From assembly GCF_018977255.1 (NCBI RefSeq), contig NW_024704743.1, forward strand, positions 41,232,001-41,296,000: 64,000 nucleotides of DNA, in the 5' to 3' direction. This document shows positions 53,353 to 64,000 of the stretch, piece by piece. The translations under genes were made by a program, and so were the position numbers. The notes under the pieces were generated by a model. The model worked only from the letters and a program-made list of their open reading frames with translations. It had not been told where the DNA came from and ran no database searches. Position 1 is the first letter of the stretch; every line of letters begins with the position of its first letter. This stretch comes from Callorhinchus milii. Its lineage: Eukaryota.

Positions 53353-56300
53353 GTCGGGAACGGAGTCAGGAGAGCGTGGGGGAGGTAAGTGACGGGGCGG
53401 GTGCAATTCACAAGGTGACGTTGGCACTGCCATCCCAGTCATGACCACACAGCCTGAGGGCTGATGACGTGCCGCTGATCACTCGCTCCCGGTCTCTGAG
53501 TGCGTGTTTTGGCTGCCGCCCTGATCGGAGCCTCCCCCTCCACTTTAAATGTCTCTTCTCCCGCCCCCCTCTATCCGCTACTCTCCCTCTGTCCTTCTCT
53601 CCCACCGCCCTCCCTGCCTTCTCTCTCTCCTCGACCCCATCACCACTTCCCTCTGCTCCAGCCTGGGTATCCTCCGCCGGGCCCAGAGCAGCAACCCCAC
53701 GTGTCCAATCTTTCACTCCCGAAACCTGTCTCTCTCCCAATGAACCCATCCGCCTAGTGGAAGCCTTCCCTCCAGGCTACACCTTCCACCACACGCCCTG
53801 TTCAAACCAACATGGCGGTGGGGTGGCCTTCATTTCCAAAGCCTCCCTTGGTCTTACACCCTACTCCTCTGTCTGCTTCCCCTCCTTCGAGCACCTCACC
53901 CTCTTCCACCCCTCTCTCCCATTGAAAATCCTCCTTGTCTACCACCCCACTAAGACCCCCAGCTCCTTTCACGTAGACATCTCTACTCTCCTCTCTTCCC
54001 TGTCCCTCTGCTCCAAACTCCTAATGGGCGATTTTAAACTCCACCTAAACTCCCCTTGCACTACTTCTGTTGACTTCACTGCCCTCCTCTCCTCCCTAAA
54101 CCTTATCCTCCATATAAATTCACCGACCCACAACCGTGGTCATGCCCTTGACCTCGTTATCACCCATGGACTTCACATTTCCATAATCTCCTTCTCCTCT
54201 CATATCCCTCTCTCCGCCACCAAGCCCTCAACCATCCTCTACCACCCTTGCAAAAGGCTACACCCTGAGACCCTCACAAAGGCCCTCACATCATCAAACA
54301 TCCTATCCCTCTGTGTCTTCCCCCCACGGAGATCCTGAAGCAGATGTCCAGCTGCTCCATGATCGCCTCTCCTTCACCTTCAACTCCCTTGTATCCTGAA
54401 ATCCAGGATCATCTCCAAACCCACCCGATCCTCCTGGTACAACAACCACCTCCGCCACCTAGAAACCCAAACCCGGCTACTCAAGCGCAGAGGGCAGCAA
54501 ACTGGCCTGACAGTCCACCACCAACTGTGGCTCGAGCATCTCCACAGCTACCGCCATTCTTTGACACGCGCTAAGATGGCCTTCTACTCCAACATCATCT
54601 TGGAGGCTAAACACAACCCTAGAAGCCTTTTTTTCCACCACCCACTACCTCCTCCGTGCCCCACCTCAGGCCTCCTCAATCTAGATATCCAATACCAAGT
54701 GCGAGGATGTCATGGATTTCTTTTCATCTAAAATACACATCATCCGCCAGGCAGCCTCATCCACCTGCCTCTTGTCACCCACCATTACACCCTCTCTATC
54801 CCCCTCACCCTCTCCATCATCTGCTCCTACCACCACCCCCATCCGACATTCCTTCTTCCCCATCTTTCCCTCTCACCCACCATCACCACCATGAAACGCA
54901 CCACCTGCTGCCTCGACCCCCCTCCCCTCCTACTTGCTGGTCACCCAGCTCCCCCTCCTCTGCCCACTACTGGCATATGTCATCAACCCATCCCTCTCCT
55001 CTGGATCAGTCCCTGCTCCCCTCAAAATTGCCGTCATCACCCCCTATTCAAAAAACCTCCCTAGATCGCTCAAACCCCAGCCACTATCGCCCCATTTCTA
55101 ACCTGCCCTTCATCGCAAACGTCCTAGAATAGGTTGTTGCCAACCAACTTCGCTCACACCTCTCCTCCCACTTCCTCTTCGAACCCCTCAAATCCGGTTC
55201 CCGTCCTGCCCGTCCTGAAAGTCACAAACGACATCCTCTCTATCTGTGACCAGGGCTCCCTCTGCCTCCTTGTCCTCCTGGATCTCTCTGTGGCATTCGA
55301 CACAGACGATCACGCCATCCCCCTGCACCACCTTTCCTCCGTCATCCACCTCATTGGGACCGCACTCGCCTGGTTCAAGTCCTACCTCACAAACCGCTAG
55401 CAGTACATCTGCATAAATGGCTGCTCCTTCCGCTCTCACCCGGTCACCTGTGGGGTACCCCAAGGATCCATCCTTGGCCCACTCATCTTTCTGATTTACA
55501 TGCTCCCTCTTAGGGATATCATTGGCAGACATGGGGTACATTTCCACATGTATGCAGATGACACCCAACTCCATTTTTCCACCTCTCTTTGCGACCCCCA
55601 GTCCCCTGATGTCCTGTCAGCCTGCCTGTCAGATCTCAAATGCTGGATGAGCGTAAATTTCCTTCAGCTGAACCTTGACAAGACAGAAGCCATACTCTTT
55701 GGCTCTTGTCAATGTCTAAAATCTCACGGTTCTCACCTCCTCCATCTACCCGACCTCCTGCTAAAACTCCCTGAACCTGTACGCAACCTAGGCGTCAGTT
55801 TCCACCCCCAATTATCCTTCCTCCCCCACATCCGGTCCCTCACCAGCACCGCTTTATTCCACCTTCGACGCATTGCCCGTCTCCGCCAATACCTCTCTCC
55901 AAAAGTAGTTGAAACCCTGATCCATGTCTTTGTCACCTCTCGGCTGGACTATTCTAACGCCCTCCTCGCCGGTCTCCCCTCCACTACCATCCATAAAATC
56001 CAGATCATTCAAAACTCTGCCGCCCGGATTGTCACCCGCATGAAACTCCGCTCCGTGATCACCCCAGTCCTTGCCAGACTGCACTGGCTGCCTGTCCCAG
56101 AGAGGATCGACTTCAAGATCCTCATCCTTGTCTTCAAGTTCCTCCACTCCTCTGCAACCCCCTACCTCTCTGACCTCCTCTCCTCAAAACAGTACCTGTT
56201 GTCTTCGTTCCTCCGGGTCTGGTCTGCTCCTTGTCCGCTGAGTCCTCTGCTCCATCCTTGGCGACTGTGCCTTCGGCCACTATGATCCGAGGCTCTGGAA

Positions 56301-56500
56301 CTCCCTTCCTCACTCCCTTTGCCTCACTCTCTCCTTTCCTATTTTCTGGTCTCTACTGAAGACCTTTCTTTTCGACTGCGCCTTTGGTCACCTTTCTCCC
56401 CCTCCCTCTGGCTCGGCCCCGGGATCCGTTGCTGTGAATCGCTCTGAGACGCCATCCAGCATAGAGGGTGCTATGTAAATCCAAGTTTTTGTTGTTGTTC
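53353..56500 (+). mobile_element. Near full-length L2 LINE: GC-rich 5' region, APE endonuclease, RT, 3' tail; inactivated by frameshifts and stops
   Basis: APE motifs ET..PPGYTF..GGGVA, MGDF, THNRGHALDLVIT; RT motifs YRPISNLPF, LDLSVAFDT, GVPQGSILGP, YADD at 55551-55562; LHWLPVPERIDFKIL; (TTG)n tail. Confidence 0.96.
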
Positions 56501-56536
56501 TCTTATGCATATTCAGCTGCCTCCTCCTACCCATTT

Positions 56537-56561
56537 CACACACACACACATATACACACAC
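56537..56561. repeat. (CA)n microsatellite
   Basis: cacacacacacacatatacacacac. Confidence 0.85.
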
Positions 56562-57759
56562 AATTTCCCTCCTAGCTTGGGCTCCCGTCATCTTTGTAAA
56601 GCACAATGAGACATTATCTTTTCTGAAAGATACTATCTAAATACAAATTTTTCTTGCTCTCCGGGTTCTTTCAAATTGATCAAGGTCCATCTGAAGGTGT
56701 CCACCCAAAATTGCAGACATCATTTAAAATTTGGGCTCTTAATTCCTATAAGCTCTTAGTAGGGTTACAGTTGAAAAGTTTTACATAATCTGAAACCCAC
56801 AGTGGATGATCAGATATCACAACCTGATTTTTTTTCAATTCTACAAATGAGCACTGTTCCATTTTACGCACACGTGCGTTCTCTTCTAACATTTAATATG
56901 TTGCATTTTGGCTTCAACCTCACTTTCGTCCTGATACACTTAATCTTTGATGGCTCATTTCCCCATGGAGAGTTGGGAATTCTCTTTCCTCCCATTGTGA
57001 CTGTCTGGACAAGTAGTCCATCCTCAGCAAGTGGCTTATTCTCTCAAACAAGCTGTCAGAATCAAGCTTGGTTTATCTGAGTGACTCCCAAGAGCACCAT
57101 GTTTCTCTTATTTGAGAATATATTTCAACTATGCTGAAAATGTATATAGATTGTGATGTATTACAAATGGCTTCCCAAGAGAAAACTGTGTGAAGCATTT
57201 GATACTATAATGGATGCTTTTGACCATGTGCATTAGTGCACAGAGTGGATATTTTGAGCACAGCATGGTATAAATTGTGCAGGTTTTGCTTTCAATTTGA
57301 CTTTGTTTCCCTTAACTTTTGATGCATTGTTCGCAAAGACTTCAAAGTAAGGGGGCCAATAGGTGGCAGATGTGGATCAGCTTGGAAAAATTTAACAAAG
57401 GAACCAAAAGATAGACCATGTATTAAATGAAATAAATTGTACAGAGTGTTGGTCAGAAAATCTATATAAGAGAAACGATAAATAAATTTTTGAAACCAAC
57501 AGCCTAGGAAAAAAATACAAATAAAACTGTTTGATTAATTAGCAGAAGAATAAAGTACAAATTAAAACAGATTATCTTGTTGCTTTTTATATGTTTCTTA
57601 GACTCCTTATTCCAATATGGAAATGGTCTACATTTCCACTTACTTTGGGAGGAAACAGAGACAAACAATAACAGCGATTATATAGTGCCATTCATGAGGG
57701 ATAGCATATTGTACTGCTGAAGAGCAAACAGAAGAACAAGAATAATGCAGAGAATCAAT

Positions 57760-58030
57760 GAATAAATAGTGATATAATGAGCCAGGCACCATCTCCAATC
57801 CCCTCTCCATGTCCCACACCATCTTGACTCGCACATACAGTGAAGATCCTTCATTGTTGCTAGGTTAAATTCCTCAAGCTCATTGTCCAACACCATCATG
57901 GAGTGATGTTCTCCATGTTCTCCACAAGGATTGCAGAAGATTGAAAAACAAAGCTCACCACTAACTTCCCAGATCAACTAAGGATGGATAATAAATATTA
58001 GCCCTGCCGGTGTTGGCCATGTCCTGAGAT
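57760..58030 (+). mobile_element. Degraded 3' end of another non-LTR retrotransposon family
   Basis: ggattgcagaag...aagctcacca...ggatggataataaatattagccctgcc resembles a LINE 3' end I recall as common in sharks; single copy here. Confidence 0.45.
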
Positions 58031-59912
58031 AGGGTAAACAAAACATCTCGAATTATAACGAATGTGTGCTATAACAAGTGAACAAATGTGAGAGAAATTT
58101 TTTTGGAGAGGAGAAACTTTGAAGTGATCTAATTTACCATAAAACTCCATATCATTCTAAAATCCTAATGGAGGTTTTGATAGAGTTTATAGAAATAAAT
58201 TATTTCAATAGTAGGTGAGTCAGTGACAAGAGGGAATGCACATGAACAAATTGTACTGATATGAGGCGTTTCACATCGGGAGGATATCCCAAGGAGCTAA
58301 ATAATCAAAGGTTTGCACTCAATTTGCGGGACAAGGACAAGAATAGTTCAAGAAAGAAAGTACTCAAGGAAGCAAGGGTGTCATGCTCTAATTTTGGCAT
58401 TAATAAAGTTTGTGAAGAAAGGATCATGTTGCAGTATTTCCATCAATGGCCTGTGTTTCAATGCAACACTGCATGCGCAGAAGAACCCAAATATGATGAT
58501 ATTTCATGTATTATTGACGCACTTATAAGGCAAGTAGGTAACACACTCTTTTATGATTTTATGACACAATAATAATAATAATCCTAATATTTGGTACAGT
58601 AGCATTCAAATTCAGGGGGCCATCTCAAAGCTCTTTACATGATTCTTATCATGAAGTGGAGTGACTGAATTTGTAGGCAAATGCTCAGTCCAATTGTGCA
58701 CAGCCATCATAGAAGGAAATAGACATCAAGGAGCTTCAATCTCTTTATTATACGAAAACCACTGGTAGATTAGGTCCTGTATTGCACAAATGCACTTCAT
58801 TATTTAAAATAGTTTTTATTACTTTTGGTGTGCATTATAAAGTATGTATGTATATTGTTCAATACATGTTTTTCTGTAAAATCTATGTTTTATCAGCAAC
58901 CTTGTAAGTCACAAATAAAAATATAGATTGCAATGGCTTTACACCGGAAGTTTAAGTATATCGTTTGTTTCCCCAGTTCCAAAATGCTGGCCCTGGCAAT
59001 GATAAGAAAAAAAAGGTCAATTAAAATTGATTTGTTAAAGCGAGTTGCTGTAAATAACAAAAAAATTACAACTCACAGGTTATCGATGTGAGGTCTTGAC
59101 ATGAAATTACAAAAGCTTTGGTCCTTTTAATTACTTTATAGTGCACCTTTAATTGAGACTGATTTATGATTAAGTCTTGCTGTGGCTTATATTTTTAAGT
59201 ATAGTTTGTTTCAATGTGTAAAAGCAGGGACAGCCCTGCTTCATTTTGGCTGATTTAATCTGATTCTCCCAAATAACCTTCCTCCTTTACACAAGCTCAA
59301 TTTGACAAGTGAACATGCCATATATTATATTATATATTATATTATATATATTAGAAATAAAACAGTAAGGGTTCACGTTGCAACCAATACTTATACAAAT
59401 CACTGCCATATCATCTGGATTATAACCTACATTCAGTCAGTACTGATGCTGTTATCCAATTTCCAATATAAGTAAAAAAAAGGCAGTAAATATTTAATGT
59501 CGGTGGGCTAAACCCATCCATTTAGACAGACATATGGTCAGGCTTGAGCTAACTAGGCAGAAGCTGTAAATTCTCAACAGATATGTGACATAATTTATGC
59601 AATTACAAAACATACATATATATATTGAATACGTTGAAATAGTTGGATAAATAAAAGGATGTACAATATTTCTCTGTACAATATTCCCAAAGCTACATCG
59701 ATTCTGGTTTATATTGCAAAACTATGTGGACACGATAAACAAAGGTGAGTAAAAGTTAGAAAATGTGCACAAATTTAGATAGATATTGGTTTAAAACATG
59801 ACAATTTTAAATAGGAGTACTTAATTCGGTCTCTGAGTTGCAAATGGGGTTTCCATCTAACAAGTGGAAGTATAGTTTAGAGTTAGGTTTAACTACACCC
59901 AGTATCCCCAAC

Positions 59913-59934
59913 CACACACACACACACACACACA
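59913..59934. repeat. (CA)n microsatellite followed by a SINE tail and AT-rich run (to ~60090)
   Basis: Direct observation. Confidence 0.85.
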
Positions 59935-61547
59935 TGCATTCACCTACAAAATACAGTCACTACTTCACAGTAAAATTTTGTGAATGTTTTTGAGATGTCT
60001 TGATGACTTGATGTGCTGTATCAAATGCAAGTATTATATTTATTATATTTATGTATATATTTATTAATTAATATATTTAGTATTATATTTATTTGACCCT
60101 ATTCAAGAATGAAAACTGCTTATTGAACAATACTAATTATCATCAACGCTTCGATGCACTATCCTATGTGAAGCATGCTATGTAAATGTTGTAATTATTA
60201 CTTGAATGGTCTGATTACAATTTCTGACCACGTGATAATTATCACCAGACACAATTTGTGTTTACACCTTGCTCTGAGAATCAGGCTGCCACACTTGCAA
60301 TAAATGGCGATAGTGAGAGAGAAAAAGAAAGGAAGGTTATTCACTGAAGGGAAGCGTTGTCCAGAATGATCTGGTCTGTTCTAGCTGGGGAAAAAAAACT
60401 ATCAAACTGTCAGGTATGTCTCTTAGTTTCCCAGTTGCATTGGTTGCCTTCCCATTAATAAATTGTATTGTGATTATGCCAGTAAGCACTGCTAAGTTAA
60501 CACAACACGTCATCACTGAAGGCAAAGAATGTCAGTTTTCCTCTGATAAACCATTTGTCTCGGTGTGTTTTCCAAGAATATGCCTAGGAAAGCTGATTTA
60601 ATCATTGATTTTTTCCCCCCAGTTTTACTGTAGCCGTTATTTAAACAAAATAGTAGCCATACCCTATCATCTTACAGCTACTAAAATATTGAAACTACCT
60701 GTATGCTTTGCTCAATTCTGTCAGCATATTGCTTGCTTTCAATGAGTAATTCAGCTAAAAAGAGAACAGGGTAAGAAAACAATCCACTTGTGAAGCTCAA
60801 AGTAAATGCTGCACGTAACAAGCTGGATATGGTCTGAAATTGAGCTCGCTCTGATGGCGATAATGCCCTAAGGTTTTAACAGGTGCTGTTGCAACTTCAA
60901 CCTTGATTTACTGGAATTGTCGCAGACTTTTATCTACCCATGGGTAAAATCACCAGGGAAATGCAGTTATGATTTGTTATCTCATCTTCTACATCTTCTT
61001 TGTCTGTATGTAAAATCTATCAGTATCAATGAGTGCCAGATGTCTCCAAGTTAACTGTAGTAAGAGGTTCTGGACTGAATCAAACTGGAATGGATTAGAC
61101 AGTTCTAACTAAAATCAACATTATAGTACAATACAATTTACACTTCTATAGCACCTTTCACATTGGCAGGACATCCTAAAACACTTGACAATTCTGACTG
61201 GGCAAGCTTTCCTTTGAAAGTCTGGATTGAGTCACCAAATTGACAGGAGTTTCAGCAGGAAATGTACTGTTGCCACCACAACAAAGGGAATTGCAGCAAA
61301 ATCACTGCTTAAAGCACAAACAGCTTGGAAGAGATGCAGACAAGCCTCAGGTTTTTTTTACATTATTTTCCAACAGGCTGTTTCTTCCTGTCTTTCATTT
61401 GTGGAGCTGACAAGATTTCAGAGATAAATTTGGAGACATAAACATGAACATATAATTAGCAGCAAGTAGACAATTAACAACTGGAATGGATTACCAGAAA
61501 GAAAAGTAGAAGCCAGGATACTGGACGCACTTAAAAACGAGTGTGAT

Positions 61548-61905
61548 CACAGAATCTTACGGCACAAAATGACGTGATAAGGCGCTATATCAAATTCAAA
61601 GATTATTATTATATTATATACAATTCCCTTTTGAAAGCTACTATCAAATCTGTTTCCATGACCCTTTCAAGTAATACATTCCAGATTGTAACAACTCTCT
61701 GGGTAAATAAAATGATTCCTGTCTCCCCTCTGGTTCTTTTGCCAATTATCTTAAATCTGTATCCTCTGGTTACTGACCCACCCACCAGAGGAAACAGTTT
61801 CTCCCTATCCATTCTATCAAAGCCCCTCATAATTTTGAACATGTCTATTAAATCTCCCATAAACCTTCTCTGCTCTAACGAAAATAATCCCAGTTTCTCT
61901 AGTCT
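61548..61905 (-). mobile_element. CR1 3' fragment with a short SINE tail inside it
   Basis: GDLIDMFKIMRGFDRMDREKLFPLVGGSVTRGYRFKI..FTQRVVTIWN translation. Confidence 0.9.
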
Positions 61906-64000
61906 AGAAAGAGCATGACGTGATAATGGAAGGAAGGTAATTTTGCTTTTCTTGAGGAATTAGATTAAAATAGTAATAATCCCTGCATCTGATGTAATGC
62001 CTTTCATAACAAGACAATGTCTCAGAGCATTTAACCGTATTTTACTCTAAAGTCACTGACTGTATTTTGTAGGCAAACCATTGAGCCTTTTTAGATTAAT
62101 GGCCGAACAATCTTATTCATTCAAACCTCTACTGCGATCTTGTGATAAGGTGGCTATCCAGACCCTTGAGGCAGAGGGGAGGGCAATGAGGAGACTAACT
62201 GCAACTTCACATGTTATGGTCTTGTGACTTTGTGAAAGTATTGGAAACACTCGGGAAATTCAGACAGGTAATTAATAGTAATTTCCGTAGATTCCTTGAG
62301 CCATTCCATCCTTGCAATGCAAATGTAAAAATATGTGATGCACTCCTAAAAAGTAATCAGACTATATTTCATATGAAGTATCACTGATAATTTACAATTA
62401 CAGAGTTGTTCTGCTCTGCATCTTCCATGTAGAAAATTCATTGATGTGAACTAAGAGTCATTCTGCTCCATTTGGTAAATTGAGCAAATTTATCCCTGTG
62501 TGCTGATAAATAAATGTAATTCAATTTTAAATTATGGAAACCATTATTAATGCAAAATTAAATTATGCTTTTAAAACTGCATTTTATTCATTTGTAAACG
62601 CATAAGAGTGGCCGGGAATAACCCTGTGTAAATTGGGTTTGAGCCATGTGAATCACAATAGAGTCTCACAGGCGGTGAAATTACCTGGAGAGGATGATTT
62701 CTGCAGCAAGTTGATTTTATCTCTGCAATATAACTGTAGATTGGCACAGTTTAATTTGATCTGCACTCAGATAAATTTCCTTAAAAAGTATTGGGCGTCT
62801 CTTTAATAACATTCATAAATTAACAGGCCCTTTGGGATTTCCTCCCGATGTGAAAGGCGCTATAAAAGTATAAATTGTAAAATGAATGGTCCTTAAGATA
62901 GGCCAAAAACTATTGAGAGCAATAGTTACACAGGAATGTGTGATATAGGAAAAGACCTATACAGCTCATCAGACTTGTACCAAAATAAAGTACGAAATAA
63001 AAATGAAATAAATAACATATTCCTGAATATTCATTGTTCCATAAAAGATTTAGTAATTATCAACTGTGCCAATAAAACATCACTTTTTTTCATCTATTAT
63101 AAGGATTGGTGTAAAACCCCTCTGCTTTCTCCTCAATGATTTCTGTGCAATGGTTGGGCTCCAAAGGGGGATGTGGGAGCAAACTCAACACATTTCCTGT
63201 GGAATATTTGACACAATTTGCATCTACCATAACCTTGGATTCTATTTCACAGTGTCGATGTAAAATATTGAATCCAAATGTTTCCCTCTTCTGAAATCCA
63301 TGCCCCTTCCCCCTCATATCACATTGTCAAAGATTTTTCAACTTGTTGAACATATTATTATGGCTCAGTTAATCTACAATCTTCGGCAGCTGTTTTACAG
63401 AGTTCTTGAGAAGAGATGTGGAATAGAGGCAATAAGATTGAATTGAAGAATTTTCCAAACATCTGCACAGCCAGACCTCTTAAACATCCAGTGGCATTTT
63501 CATAGGAAAAGTCAGGGAAATTGATCCAAGTGAAATTGAAAAAACCTAAACATTGATGCAACCCTGTAGAAGAACAGGTTCCTGTTTTGTCTCATTCATG
63601 GATGATAAGCTTTTGCTTTGATCTGGATGCATAGCCCACATGCAATAAATTCAAACGTCAATAAAATGCATTTGTACAATCAGTGGAGCAAAGCCTCTGT
63701 CACAAAAAAACCTTTGCCTTGGTGATTTCTCCTCTTGACCTTCATTAAACTCCTTTAGATAGGTCAATCAGTAATTCTGCAGTCTAAAGTTGCAGTCTAA
63801 ACACAAAGCTTTCATCGTCTCTCACTCAGAATGCATCCCACTCTTCAGAGATTGTTTGTTTACCTCTGGGATTGTAACGTTGCATTTGAAGTTTCTTTGT
63901 ATTTCATACCATAGAGAGTTTCACAAGCCATTAATAAATTACATACATTAATTTTATGCCCAACATAACTCTGAACCTGAATTTTTCAAGATAAATTATT

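Noticed and set aside
53469..54338. Longest ORF in the track (289 aa) as a host gene
   Set aside because: It is the APE endonuclease region of the L2 LINE and is followed by frameshifted RT fragments
1..64000. CRISPR array, operon or other prokaryotic or viral system
   Set aside because: No regularly spaced repeat-spacer array or gene-dense region; the recurring sequences are dispersed vertebrate retroelements

Overview
Repeat-rich, AT-rich vertebrate genomic DNA that reads as intronic or intergenic. From the repeat repertoire I infer a cartilaginous fish (shark/chimaera type). I find no intact multi-exon host gene, RNA gene, CRISPR array or prokaryotic system. Most of the interpretable sequence is decayed retroelements: several L2-clade LINEs (one near full length at 53353-56500, a long minus-strand sibling at 13315-15790), many CR1 LINE fragments, two families of tRNA-headed Deu-domain SINEs with L2-type tails, Penelope-like terminal-repeat fragments and a Gypsy integrase relic. 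The best second-look items are: a TSD-flanked Penelope-like foldback element with degenerate hammerhead-ribozyme cores; a SINE combining CORE-like and Deu-like bodies, with a recurrent ~62-bp deletion form; a SINE dimer carrying a locally templated 19-bp patch; an unclassified dispersed repeat; a candidate terminal coding exon at 933-996; and several enhancer-like repeat-free blocks. Repeat family names come from motif recognition, not database searches, and repeat boundaries are approximate.
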